Positions 23,822 to 35,067 of a DNA stretch of 64,000 nt are shown one piece after another (within the stretch, counting starts at the first letter, position 1; each line of letters opens with the position of its first letter). The DNA is from Mustelus asterias. Taxonomy: Eukaryota. Where the stretch lies: NCBI RefSeq assembly GCF_964213995.1, contig NC_135801.1, positions 93,000,001-93,064,000 of the forward strand, written 5' to 3'. The notes beneath the pieces were generated by a model. The model was not told the origin of the DNA, did not search any database, and saw nothing but the letters and a program-made list of their open reading frames with translations. Made by a program: the position numbers and the translations under genes.

Positions 23822-24373
23822 TGCGGAACAAAGTGTACATTATTTTTTACCTAAACTCTTCTGGTGGCATAATGGACCATAATTTGATGGGAAAAATAAC
23901 AGTGTCAAAACAACACATACAAATTGACCAGCGACTTGTGGCAAGGAAGAAACATGCTGAGTGCTGTAGATGGCTGCAAGTTGCCAGCCAATATGTGTCG
24001 TTCCATCGTTTTTTTGCTAAAGTGGCAGCTCGCACTTAATCTCCCCTGAGATTCATAAAATAGCTGCATTTGCACGATAATGACTACTAAACATGCCATA
24101 GAAAGTTATATCAAGTAGTGAAACGTATAAATAATTAACAGCTTTTTAATGATTTGATAATTGCTAGTGACTGCCAATTAAGTCTCCTCGCCCAGAAAGT
24201 GAACAATTTTAAGTGTGGAGGCATATTCCTTCAGGTTGTGAATTATTTTAGGGAGATTAAAAAAAGAGTGAAGTGATGATTTTGATTAAAGAATAACAGC
24301 AGCAGCAATACTCCGACTGAAAGTAGGCTCAGTATTGTGGAAAAGCAAAGGAATTTGGGGTACATGTTCAAAG

Positions 24374-24914
24374 CCTATCCACCATCTACAAGCATAAGTC
24401 AGGAGTATGATGAAATACTCCCCAATTGCTTGGACGGGTGCAGCTCCAACAACACTCAAGAAGCTTGACACCATCCAGGACAAAGCAGCTCACTTGATTG
24501 GCACCACATCTACAAACATCCACTCCCTCCACCACCGATGCTCAGTAGCAGCAGTGTCTACTATCTACAAGATGCACTGCAGCAATTCACCAAAGATCCT
24601 TAGACAGCACCTTCCAAACGCACGACCACTTCCATCTAGAAGGGCAAGGGCAGCAGATACATGGGAACGCAACCACCTGCAAGTTCCCCTCCAAGCCACA
24701 AACTGTCCTATATTATCGTTCCTTCACAGTCACTGGGTCAAAATCCTGGCATTCCCTTTTTAACAGCATTGTGGGTCAACCCACAGAACGTGGATTGCAG
24801 CAATTCAAGAAAGCAGCTCACCATCACTTTCTCAAGGGCAACGAGGGATGGGCAATAAATGCTGGCCAGCCAGCGATGCCCATCCCCCACGAATGAATGT
24901 AAAGAAGAAAAGGC
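24374..24914 (+). mobile_element. 3' end of a second CR1-group LINE family
   Basis: Encodes MKYSPIAWTGAAPTTLKKLDTIQDKAAHLI...SLHHR. Ends ggcaataaatgctggcc...gaatgaat plus an A-rich tail. Same family as 49245-50506. Confidence 0.85.
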
Positions 24915-25176
24915 GGCTCAGTGTTGTGGAAAAGCAAAGGAATTTGGGGTACAAGTTCAAAGTACATCAAAGGCAGGTTAGAAATGCTGAAATAATCAAA
25001 TTCTAGCTTTTATCACAGAGGTGTGGGAATATAAAAGGCATGACCATGATGAACATATATTGAATCTTAATAAAACCTCAGTTAAATGTGCTGTGTTTGC
25101 AGTATTGAACTTTGCATTATAGGAAGAATATTTTAGCTTTAGAAAGCAGCAATGCAGATTCACTCACACTAAAAAT

Positions 25177-25304
25177 AAAGTAACGCAGACACTGCAATCT
25201 GAAACAAAAACAGAAAATGCTGGAAAATCTCAGCAGGTCTGACAGCATCTGTGGAGAGAGAATAGAGCCAACATTTTGAGTCAGGATGGCCCTTCGTCAG
25301 AGCT
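25177..25304 (-). mobile_element. Second Penelope-like terminal fragment with decayed hammerhead motif
   Basis: aaaacagaaaatgctggaaaatctcagcaggtctgacagcatctgtggagagag on plus. Minus strand reads agct-CTGACGA-agggccatcctgactc-AAAA-tgtt-ggct. Confidence 0.7.
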
Positions 25305-26915
25305 TTTTCTATGTTTCTCTGTTTCTAATCCATTACCTTGCTTTCTCCAAAAAATAATTCAAATTCAATTCAATTCATGGTCCTCACAAAGGAGACACAC
25401 TAAATCCAAGCTAACAGAACTGGAATTGTACATGATCTCACGCTCGATTCAATGCTTGATCTTAACTAAAAGAAGTGATCACTACTCTTACGTCTTGCTG
25501 ACTGCCTCGGAATCCTCTTTTTGCCCACTCTCAGCACTACTCACATCATAGAATTGAAGCTAGTTGATACTGTTAAAGGTTCCCTATCCTCAGGTGTTGT
25601 CCTCTTCATCTGCCAGTGTGTCATTGTCACATGTCTCCTCAAAATTCAATCTTTGACCTCTTGGCCCTTGCAACCCGACCTCCAGCATCACTTTTCTTTC
25701 CAAATTCCTCGTACATGTCATTTCTTAATTCCATACCCATCTCTCCTGGAACTCCATGTTTAAATCTCTCCAGCGTTCCATTTCACCACACTACTAAAAT
25801 GCCTCTTTCCAAGGTCACACATGACATCCTATGTGAGTGTGATAAAGGTAAACTTTCCATCCACATCTCACGTCAAAAGGTTGCCTCCAGTTATATATTT
25901 CATTTTTGATAACAGTTCCTTTGGGGTTGTGTGGAACCTTTATCAAATATCTCTTAAGTAAATATAAATAAGATCTGCAGACCCTCCCTTACAGATCTCC
26001 TCAAAACAATCAACTAGGTTAATTAGGCATGCCTAATGCTTTACAAATCCATGATGCATCTCTTTGATATGCTTATACTTGTCCAATCAGTCATTTTGTC
26101 CCCAATGGCAGATTTCTCACAATATTCATTAGACCAACGGGTCTAGAATTTAATAGAATTTTCTCTCTTCCATCTTTCTTAAGTAATTAAGCGACATTAG
26201 TAATTTTCCAATTCAAGCAGATCATGACTAATGATTAGATTGGATCAGTGGATGAAACGAAAGCAGCTGGAGGAGTAAAAGAACAGAATGGATAAATATG
26301 ATTAGAACTATATGCTTAACATGGAGGATAAGTATCAATGCAAACTAGATGGGCTGAATGATCTGTTTCTTTACTGCAACATCGATGTAATTATAATACT
26401 TTTCTCCAGCAATAATGTGCAACTTCCCTTGCCTATCTTTGCTTTTTCCCATTACAAGGGAAAAATAGTTCTGACCTTTTGAAAAAAATGGCTTAAATGA
26501 TTACTGCTAAAACAAAATCCCTTCAATCGATCACTCTGGAATGCTCGACTCACCCAGGTTTCTTTGCACAAAGTGCAACTTAAAAAGTTACCTGAAGAAG
26601 ATCCTTTGGTTGACAAACAGGACAATATATGGATTGTACAATTTGTTGAAGTGGTTAATGGAATCTGTGCTCTTTTTGTGCGAGATACTGGTTATTCACT
26701 CGCTTTATACATTGTTATAAAGTTATTGAGTTTGGTTATCAGGTTTAGTAAAGCAATAAATGCTGAACTCAGCAACATTCAGATACTGTTGTGAAGAGGT
26801 TTGATAAATAGTTATGAGAACATTCATTATATTCTGAGAGGTGTGATGATACAGATTCAAAGCTGCAGTCTGAGATAGGAGCACGACAGTTCAGCTAACT
26901 TTGTTACACAGTGGA

Positions 26916-27234
26916 GGTGGCACGGTGGCACAACGTTAACACTGCTGCCTCACAGCGCCAGGGACCCAGGTTCAATTCTGGTTTTGGGTCGCTGTCTGTG
27001 TGGAGTTTGCACATTCTCCCAGTATATGCGTGGGTTTCTTCCGGGTGCTCCGGTTTCCTCCCACAGTCCAAAGATGTGTAGGAAAGGTTTATTGGTCGTG
27101 CTAAATTGACCCTAGTGTCAGGGGGATTAGCAGGGTAAATATGAGGGGTTACAGGAATAGCTTCTGAGTGGGATTGTGTTCGGTGCAGACTCGATGGGCC
27201 GAATGGCCTCCTTCTGCACTGTAGGGATTCTATG
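26916..27234 (+). mobile_element. HE1-type SINE
   Basis: Complete head, core and CR1-like tail. Confidence 0.92.
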
Positions 27235-28780
27235 AAGTAATCTGCCAAAAGACAGGGGTGGGGGCGATTCTCCAGTCCTGTTAGCCCGAGGCACAAAACC
27301 CGCTGGGCCGGTGAATTTGACGAGGTGCCCGGAATGGGATTTGTGCTGGGTGTTAAACGGTTTCCGATGCTCCCAGCCTATTCCACCTGATGTCATCAGA
27401 ATCTCGCCAAAAAAGGGCGAGAACCTGAGCCAAACTCATTTGCATTCATTTTAATCTCAATAGTGGAATCAAAGTCAAATGCAGCAGCCTCCTGGTATGC
27501 TTCCATGCCAACACCCCCCTCCCCCCCCCAACGCCCCCTCCCCCCCTCAGTGGGATGTCACCTGGGCGCCAATCGCTACAGGACCCCAAAGGCCGGGACC
27601 AAGTGCCCTGGAATCTGAAGGTGAGCAAGGAGACAAGTATCATTCTCTACTTAACTTCACGGTGCCAAGGGGAATCTTTGAAGGGAGCTGGGGATGGGGG
27701 AATGGGGCTGGGGGAGGGAGCTCAGGCTGGCTGAAGGGTCGGGGGTCTTCCCTGAGATGGAGGTCGTGTGGTTAGTCTGTTGTTTTTAAAAGCTTTTAAC
27801 TATCTCTCAGCATGTCAATTTCAAAGGGTTGTCAGGTTGTAGGGGCTAGTTTTCTCTCCATTACTTTTAAAAGAAGTGCTTTGTTCACTTTCCATTCACG
27901 CCCCATTAACTTTCACAATTCCCTTGAGTGGCAGCTCCTGGCTATTTCAAAGGATGGATTATCATTATTTGTATAGCTCTTAATGGTCCACTAAACAAAG
28001 TATTAGAAAGGTTAGTTAGGTTTAAAGAAGATAAGATTATGGGACCTGATGGGATTCATTCAAGAATTAAGAGAAAATGAGGGAAGCAGTGGTAAATGCT
28101 CTAGAAAAGATCCAAGTCCAGTTGAATGTGATTATGTGCCAACAGAACAGTGTGCAGCATAGCACCACTTCAAAGAGGGGAACAGAGTTAATCCAGGTGA
28201 TTATCACCAGAATTCACCACCCTTGCTCATGGCTGGGATGCTCTGGTCCCACTGCTGTGAATGGATATTTCTCCATTCTCGCTGGGAGCGGTGATGGGGC
28301 ATACAAGACTGGAAAATCCCAGGTTATATGTCTATTAGTTTAACATCTGTGGAAGGAAAATTATTAGAATCTTTAAATAAAGATGAGGGGGACATTGTTT
28401 TGGGGGGCAGGCCAGGGATGCAGGGTGTGCTGATTTCCTGCTACATACTCCACAGAAGATTGCCTAAAACCCTGGAGAAGTGCATGAATACCCACTTACA
28501 CATTTGTCCAGCTTTTCTGCCAAATTTATGTTGGAAAATTGGAAGAAGCCTTACAGAAATGACTATATCAATAAAGAGAAAAGAAAATAAGTGGTCAATA
28601 GGGATACCAGAAGGAAGATCATGTTTGACAAAACTCCAAAAGAATTCTTTAAGGAAATTACAAGGAGATGACAAATATGGTACATTGGAATTCATTAGGC
28701 ACGATGAATATAGACTTTCGGAAAGCATTTGGTAAGGTATAACAAGAAGTTATTGGAGAAGATTAATTTTTTTTTAAATT

Positions 28781-29063
28781 GGGGTGGCACGGTGGCACTG
28801 TTGTTAGTACTTTTGCCTCACAGCGCCAGGGACCCAGGTTCAATTCCAGCCTCGGGTCACTGTCTGTGTGGAGTTTGCACGTTCTCCCCGTGTCTGTGTG
28901 GGTTTCCTCTGGGTGCTCCGTTTTCCTCCCACAGTCTAAAAGACGTGCTGGTTATGTGCATTGACCCAAACAGGCGCCGGACTGTGGCGACTAGGGGAAT
29001 TTCACAGTAACTTCATTGCATTGTTCATGTAAACCTTCCTTGTGACTAATAAATAAACTTTAC
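28781..29063 (+). mobile_element. HE1-like SINE variant with alternative 3' tail
   Basis: HE1 head and core, but ends gtggcgactaggggaatttcacagtaacttcattgc...ttgtgactaataaataaacttta. Nested in a degraded CR1. Confidence 0.85.
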
Positions 29064-30972
29064 TTTTTTTAATGGATTAACTTGTCAGAAGGGGTGAACT
29101 GGATTACAAGAGTTAAAAGGGCAGTTCCTCAGAGTGAATGATTGCAGCTAGCCATGTCCAACAGAATTTGTCCATTGTGGCTACTGGGTGACTGGACACC
29201 GAGGGTATGGGAGGGATGTGAGTGAGCATGGGGGATATGAGAGAACATTTAGGGGTGAGGGCTAACGTGATTTGCAATACTGAGCCAATATCTCAGTAAG
29301 CAGAGGTGGGCCTTCTAACCTGCCCATCCTGACATCAGCCCACCTCTGTTCACACCTGGAGCTTGTTTTGGGAAGCTGTGGCCCCAACTCCAGCCCATTC
29401 CCGCCACCCTGCAATGAAAATAGCACAAGAAGGTACTGCGGGCAGAAGGCGGGAGCACAACACCAGGTACTTGTTCGACTCACCCTTCATGGATGAGAAT
29501 CTGGGCCAAGGTGACTGATTTTACTACAAAAATGTCAGAGACTAAGGGGCCAATAAGTGAGTTTAAATTTAATGCCTCCTGATGTTCTCAGTTTTATGTT
29601 GTCTGATTTATAACATGCTGAAGCACAATTGAAACATAATTCTGTCCGAAGTATAAAACTACAATGAACCAAATCACTTCCCAGCTCCTGATCCAGACTG
29701 AATACTGAAACATACAAACAAACATTCTCCAACTATATAGCACACTGACTATTGTGTCAGTCCAGCCACTTATCTTATACTCACCTGGTCTACTTTAGTC
29801 ATTTATCTTCTGGTCATCAACAACTTGCTCTAAATGGTCCTGTACTGTATAATAAATTACTGTAATGGAAATTTAATGACAGAATGAATGACTATGTAAA
29901 ATATAAACTTGAAAAATTGTAATGTTTTTGATGCATGTAGAACTCATTATCCAAGCTGAACATTTCTTAGAAAACCACTTGTGCATTTAATAGCATTTAA
30001 CTGAAAACCATCCCATCAAATAGAATCCATTCAAAAAAAGATAATTCCTTCCTTCCCCTCCTTCATGCCTGGCACCATGGGCAAAATTTAGTGGAATCCA
30101 CTGGAGTGGGAAAGTGGGCAGGCAGGCCCAAAGCATTGTGGGGGAGGGTGTATGTCTGACTCCTGGTGGCAGGAAAACTGTCCTGTATGAAGTGATCGTC
30201 GGCGGGAGGGCGACAACACAGGAAATCTGTCAGTTAGCAGTGGGAAAAAACTATATTTGTTAATGAGCCACTTGAATCCAATTACCACCGTTCCCATTGG
30301 GATTTAATGAGACCCTCACTGGTCGCGCATGCCTTCGGAAAGTCATCCAACAAATCCTGTTGGAGATGCCAGCAGCCGGCCAGGGCCTTCCTTGTCCACG
30401 GGAACCTGGTGCCCGATTGTGAGATCTAACATCAGGAAGGGGAGGGCATGCTGAAAGCCACCACCTTCCCTTGCATCCGACCCCTGCCCCCTCCACTTCA
30501 GGGGTGATCCCCTCCCCATGACACCCAACTTGCCCCATTTACTTCCTCCAGGGATCCACTGATGACTCTTGGTGAAGACACTGTTGTGTTACTTGTAGCA
30601 AGGTACAAGGTAAACAGGCACATTCCTGGACAAAGTGACATGGGGTTCCCACTCGTTCTCCAACCAATGGCCAAGAATCCTTTCATCAATCTAAATTCCA
30701 CCTCATGCTTCTTATGAATTCTGTGAAGTTGATACAGAAGAAAGGCCCTTGTGCACCCTCAAAAATTAGTCTGACAAATCATCATCAGCTGGACTGTTAG
30801 TTGTTTAATCTTGAGTTTGGGGTTTAGATGGGGTGTCTTCATGGTTTGCCTGTAACCTTACAAATGCTACTGTAGACCATTATTTGTAAAATCTTGTTTA
30901 CTTACAGATCTATATACATCTGAGTATTTTACACAAGACCGTACTTTTGCTTTCCACCAGATCTTAGTCACG

Positions 30973-31249
30973 TAAAGTAAATTTATTAGTTATAAGTAAG
31001 GCTTATATTAACACAACAATGAAGTTACTGTGAAATTCCCCTAGTCGCCACACCCAGGCGCCTGTTCAGGTCAATACACCTAACCAGCATGTCTTTCAGA
31101 TTGTGGGAGGAAACTGGAGCACCTGGAAGAAACCCACGCAGACACAGGGAGAAAGTGCAAACTTCACACAGATAATGACCGAAGCCAGGAATCGAACCTG
31201 GGACCCTGGCGCTGTGAGGCAGCGGTGCTAACCACTGTGCCACCCTGCC
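30973..31249 (-). mobile_element. HE1-like SINE variant with alternative 3' tail
   Basis: Reverse complement of the 28781-29063 type. Confidence 0.85.
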
Positions 31250-32095
31250 ATTGCATGACTGTTACATTGGTAGTTAGATCAGTATCAGGCACTCCTGATG
31301 TTAACCTTGCACTCTACATCTCCCCCAAGTCTTTATTCTAACTACGTACACACTCCTACATCTCCCCAAGGTCGCAGACTTCACAAGATCAGTCTCTGTG
31401 GCGTTTTGACTAATCTCTCTGATCTAGTCCTCATTTCATTTCAAGGTTGAAGATAAACTGCATTCTCTTGTCACTGAACAGGATTGTCTTCCACCTGTGT
31501 GGTTGTTGAGTTTCGACTTGTTTCTGGTTCTTTGCCTCCATTGGGATCGAAATAAATGTCCAAGATTTGAAATAAATGTCCAAGATTCCATTGGCTTCCT
31601 TCCCAATGATATCAAGGCTCTTTGATTCCTCCTGCTGTTTCCCTGGTCCATCTCAACTCTATAAGAAATCTTGGTTCTGGAAGTCTTTTGATTATAATGC
31701 CTTCTTTCATCCGATCTCATCTCTACACACTCTCAAATTCTAGTGCTTTTAAGTCTCGTGTTCTGTACCTGAAGTTGAAATTATGAGCTTGACAGTCGAG
31801 CTCATAATTTCTTTGTTGACCCTCACTTCTTATCATCATGGATAATGTTAGCTTGTAGTGTTTGTTTTAGAGCTGGAAGTTTTATCGCCGCTGTCTTCCT
31901 ATCAATAATTCTGATGGTGAGCAATTTGTTTAGCGGTGAGATTTTATACCTCAGAAAGATTGTCTTTCTTCTTTTTCAATTCTTTGACTGTTCAAACTCC
32001 TGTCTCTGCTTCTCTGATCAATTGAATATAGCTCAGATGAGTTCAATGCCTCATAAACACGGTCTTGCAGTATCATTAGCTATGGCCCCTACCAA
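31250..32095 (-). mobile_element. Gypsy LTR retrotransposon relic: integrase C-terminus, PPT and start of 3' LTR
   Basis: Minus frames give YIQLIREAETGV*TVKEL (cf. YPQSNGEAERGVRTVK), SPSELLIGR, SYRVEMDQGNSRRNQRALI and VKTPQRLIL* (stop at 31383-31381). These are followed by TTGGGGGAGA-TGT at 31328-31316. Confidence 0.75.
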
Positions 32096-32134
32096 ATAGA
32101 ATAAAGTCCTGACCTAATCGCACACACAATCAGA

Positions 32135-32530
32135 GAATGCAGAAGATACCCTTTGGCCCATCAAATCTTCACCAATACATGAGAAACACCTAACCTCCCT
32201 ACCTAATCCCATTTACCAGCACTTGGCCCATAGTTATGATATGCCAAGTGCTTATCCAGTACTTTTTAAAGGGTGTGAGACACCCAGCCTCCACCACCCT
32301 CCCAGACAGCGCATTCCAGACCATCACCACAGTCTGGGTAAAAAGGTTTTTCCTCACATCCCCCTGAGCATCCTACCCCTTGAACTTGTGTCCCTTCGTG
32401 ACTGACCCCTCAAATAAGGGGAACAACTGTTCCCTAACCACCCTCTCCATGCCCTGCATCATCTTGTACACATTGATCAGGTCGCCCCTCAGTCTTCTTT
32501 GCTCCAACGCTAACAACCCAAGCCTTTCGA
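32135..32530 (-). mobile_element. CR1/HER1 3' fragment
   Basis: Antisense of the ORF2 C-terminus (gggtaaaaaggttttcctcacatc...) and a CR1 3' UTR. Confidence 0.8.
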
Positions 32531-32983
32531 ATCACACTTTCTGTTCTTCTGTTCCTTTTTATGCAAGCCTTAAACTGTTTTGTATCTGGAGAGTTTCTCC
32601 CTCCAATTGTCCCAGCTTTGATTCTGTCGTAAGCCTTCAGCACTGTGAAATGATCCTGGGAGTGGCAATGTAGACTCCATCCTTACCCTAAAATCTGGCT
32701 CGGTTGCTACTTCAGTACTTTGACTGTCTGACTGTGATCTTTACTCACAGCTGTCTGGACTCTGCGTTTGTGTGTCTGTTTCTAACTGGAGAGGCAGGAT
32801 GGGAAGCAATCAATACATGCCTCCTCACCAAACCTCATTTTCTCTCACACAAGAACATAAGGTTTAGGAAACTTCAAGGTGTAAGGTGATGTCTTTATCC
32901 CATTATAAATTTGGCAAATTGATTTTCAAAGGCTAAAAATTGTTGACATGCTCAGGCTGTGAATATACCAACTTTCCTCAAAT

Positions 32984-34615
32984 ATGCCATGGGAGCATAA
33001 GAAATTGTCCTTCCTCTCTCCTGAAGGACAGGGCGTGTTAACCGGGAGTGTCTCGGAGGGAGGTGTTGACCCGTTAGAGAAAATCTCCATTACAAGAGAG
33101 GAAGTGTTAGGTTTTTTAGGGAACATTAAAACTGACAAAGCCCCAGGGCCTGATGGCATCTATCCTCGACTGCTCAGGGAGACGAGAGGTGAAATTGCTG
33201 GGCCTCTGACGGAAATCTTTGTCGCTTCTTTGGACACGGGTGAGGTCCCTGAGGATTGGAGGATAGCGAATGTGGTCCCGTTGTTTAAGAAGGGTAGCAG
33301 GGATAACCCGGGTAATTATAGGCCGGTGAGCTTGACGTCCGTGGTAGGGAAGTTGTTGGAGAGGATTCTTAGAGACAGGATGTGTGTGCATTTAGAACGG
33401 AACAATCTCATTAGTGACAGACAGCATGGTTTTGTAAGAGGGAGGTCGTGCCTTACAAATTTGGTGGAGTTTTTTGAGGAAGTGACAAAAACGGTTGATG
33501 AAGGAAGGGCCGTGGATGTCGTCTATATGGATTTCAGTAAGGCATTTGACAAAGTCCCACATGGCAGGTTGGTTAAGAAGGTTAAGGCTCATGGGATACA
33601 AGGAGAAGTGGCTAGATGGGTGGAGAACTGGCTTGGCCATAGGAGACAGAGGGTAGTGGTCGAAGGGTTTTTTTCCGGCTGGAGGTCTGTGACCAGTGAT
33701 GTTCCGCAGGGCTCTGTACTGGGACCTCTGCTATTTGTGATATATATAAATGATTTGGAAGAAGGTGTAACTGGTGTAATCAGCAAGTTTGCGGATGACA
33801 CGAAGATGGCTGGAATTGCGGATAGCGAAGAGCATTGTCGGGCAATACAGAAGGATATAGATAGGCTGGAAAATTGGGCGGAGAGGTGGCAGATGGAGTT
33901 TAATCCGGATAAATGCGAAGTGATGCATTTTGGAAGAAATAATGTAGGGAGGAGTTATACAATAAATGGCAGAGTCATCAGGAGTATAGAAACACAGAGG
34001 GACCTAGGTGTGCAAGTCCACAAATCCTTGAAGGTGACAACACAGGTGGAGAAGGTGGTGAAGAAGGCATATGGTATGCTTGCCTTTATAGGACGGGGTA
34101 TAGAGTATAAAAGCTGGAGTCTGATGATGCAGCTGTATAGAACGCTGGTTAGGCCACATTTGGAGTACTGCGTCCAGTTCTGGTCGCCGCACTACCAGAA
34201 GGACGTGGAGGCATTGGAGAGAGTGCAGAGAAGGTTTACCAGGATGTTGCCTGGTATGGAGGGTCTTGGCTATGAGGAGAGATTGGGTAGACTGGGGTTG
34301 TTCTCCTTGGAAAGACGGAGAATGAGGGGAGATCTAATAGAGGTGTACAAGATTATGAAGGGTATAGATAGGGTGAACAGTGGGAAGCTTTTTCCCATCT
34401 CGGAGGTGACGATCACGAGGGGTCACGGGCTCAAGCTGAGAGGGGCGAAGTATAACTCAGACATCAGAGGGACGTTTTTTACACAGAGGGTGGTGGGGGC
34501 CTGGAATGCGCTGCCAAGTAGGGTGGTGGAGGCAGGCACGCTGACATTGTTTAAGACTTACCTGGATAGTCACATGAGCAGCCTGGGAATGGAGGGATAC
34601 AAACGATTGGTCTAG
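32984..34615 (+). CDS. CR1 ORF2 reverse transcriptase domain (endonuclease absent), 543 aa open frame
   Basis: Motifs KAPGPDG, NYRPVSLTS, QHGF, YMDFSKAFDKVPH, PQGSVLGP, KFADD and FFTQRVV. Confidence 0.85.
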   Translation: MPWEHKKLSFLSPEGQGVLTGSVSEGGVDPLEKISITREEVLGFLGNIKTDKAPGPDGIYPRLLRETRGEIAGPLTEIFVASLDTGEVPEDWRIANVVPLFKKGSRDNPGNYRPVSLTSVVGKLLERILRDRMCVHLERNNLISDRQHGFVRGRSCLTNLVEFFEEVTKTVDEGRAVDVVYMDFSKAFDKVPHGRLVKKVKAHGIQGEVARWVENWLGHRRQRVVVEGFFSGWRSVTSDVPQGSVLGPLLFVIYINDLEEGVTGVISKFADDTKMAGIADSEEHCRAIQKDIDRLENWAERWQMEFNPDKCEVMHFGRNNVGRSYTINGRVIRSIETQRDLGVQVHKSLKVTTQVEKVVKKAYGMLAFIGRGIEYKSWSLMMQLYRTLVRPHLEYCVQFWSPHYQKDVEALERVQRRFTRMLPGMEGLGYEERLGRLGLFSLERRRMRGDLIEVYKIMKGIDRVNSGKLFPISEVTITRGHGLKLRGAKYNSDIRGTFFTQRVVGAWNALPSRVVEAGTLTLFKTYLDSHMSSLGMEGYKRLV

Positions 34616-34690
34616 TTGGACCAAGGAGCGGCACAGGCCTGGAGGGCCGAAGGGCCTGTTTCCTGTGCTGTACTGTTCTTTGTTCTTTGA
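33026..34690 (+). mobile_element. 5'-truncated young CR1/HER1 LINE
   Basis: Uninterrupted RT coding region, 3' UTR gggccgaagggcctgtttcctgtgctgta and (tgttctt)n tail. The 5' boundary is approximate. Confidence 0.95.
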
Positions 34691-34774
34691 TTCTGTACCA
34701 ATAATAGCTGGAATTGAGTAGAGTTGACGGATTCAGGGGCAAACAGAAAACTCCAACCATACAGAATCTCAGAA

Positions 34775-35067
34775 GCATAGTTGTTAGCACTGCTGCCTCA
34801 CAGCACCAGGGACCCAGGTTCGATTCTCGGCTTGGGTCACTGGCTGTGTGGAGTTTGCACGTTCTCTCTGTGTCTGCATAGGTTCCCTCCGGGTACTCCG
34901 GTTTCCTCCCACAGTCCAAAGATGTGTAGGTTAGGTGAATTGGCCATGCTAAATTCTCCTTCAGTGTATCTGAACAGGTGCCGGAATGTGGCGACTAGGG
35001 GATTTTCATAGTAACTTCATTGCACAATGTGAATGTAAGCCTACTTGTGACTAATAAATAAACTTTA
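34775..35067 (+). mobile_element. HE1-like SINE variant with alternative 3' tail
   Basis: Third copy, ending gtggcgactagggg...gcctacttgtgactaataaataaacttta. Confidence 0.85.

Noticed and set aside
26548-26712. Minus-strand donors (TGG|GTGAGT near 26553, CAG|GTAACT near 26591) as another KCNIP4 exon
   Set aside because: The nearest ATG is closed by TAA after six codons and there is no convincing acceptor. A non-coding exon cannot be excluded.
27260-28322. Single TIR element bounded by gcgattctccagtc and gactggaaaatccc
   Set aside because: A CR1 fragment runs through the interval and resumes after the right end, so the two ends probably belong to separate insertions.
29778-29850. Minus-strand CAG|GTGAGT donor
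   Set aside because: The phase-1 frame has a stop three codons upstream, and the short ATG frame is phase 0, incompatible with exon II.
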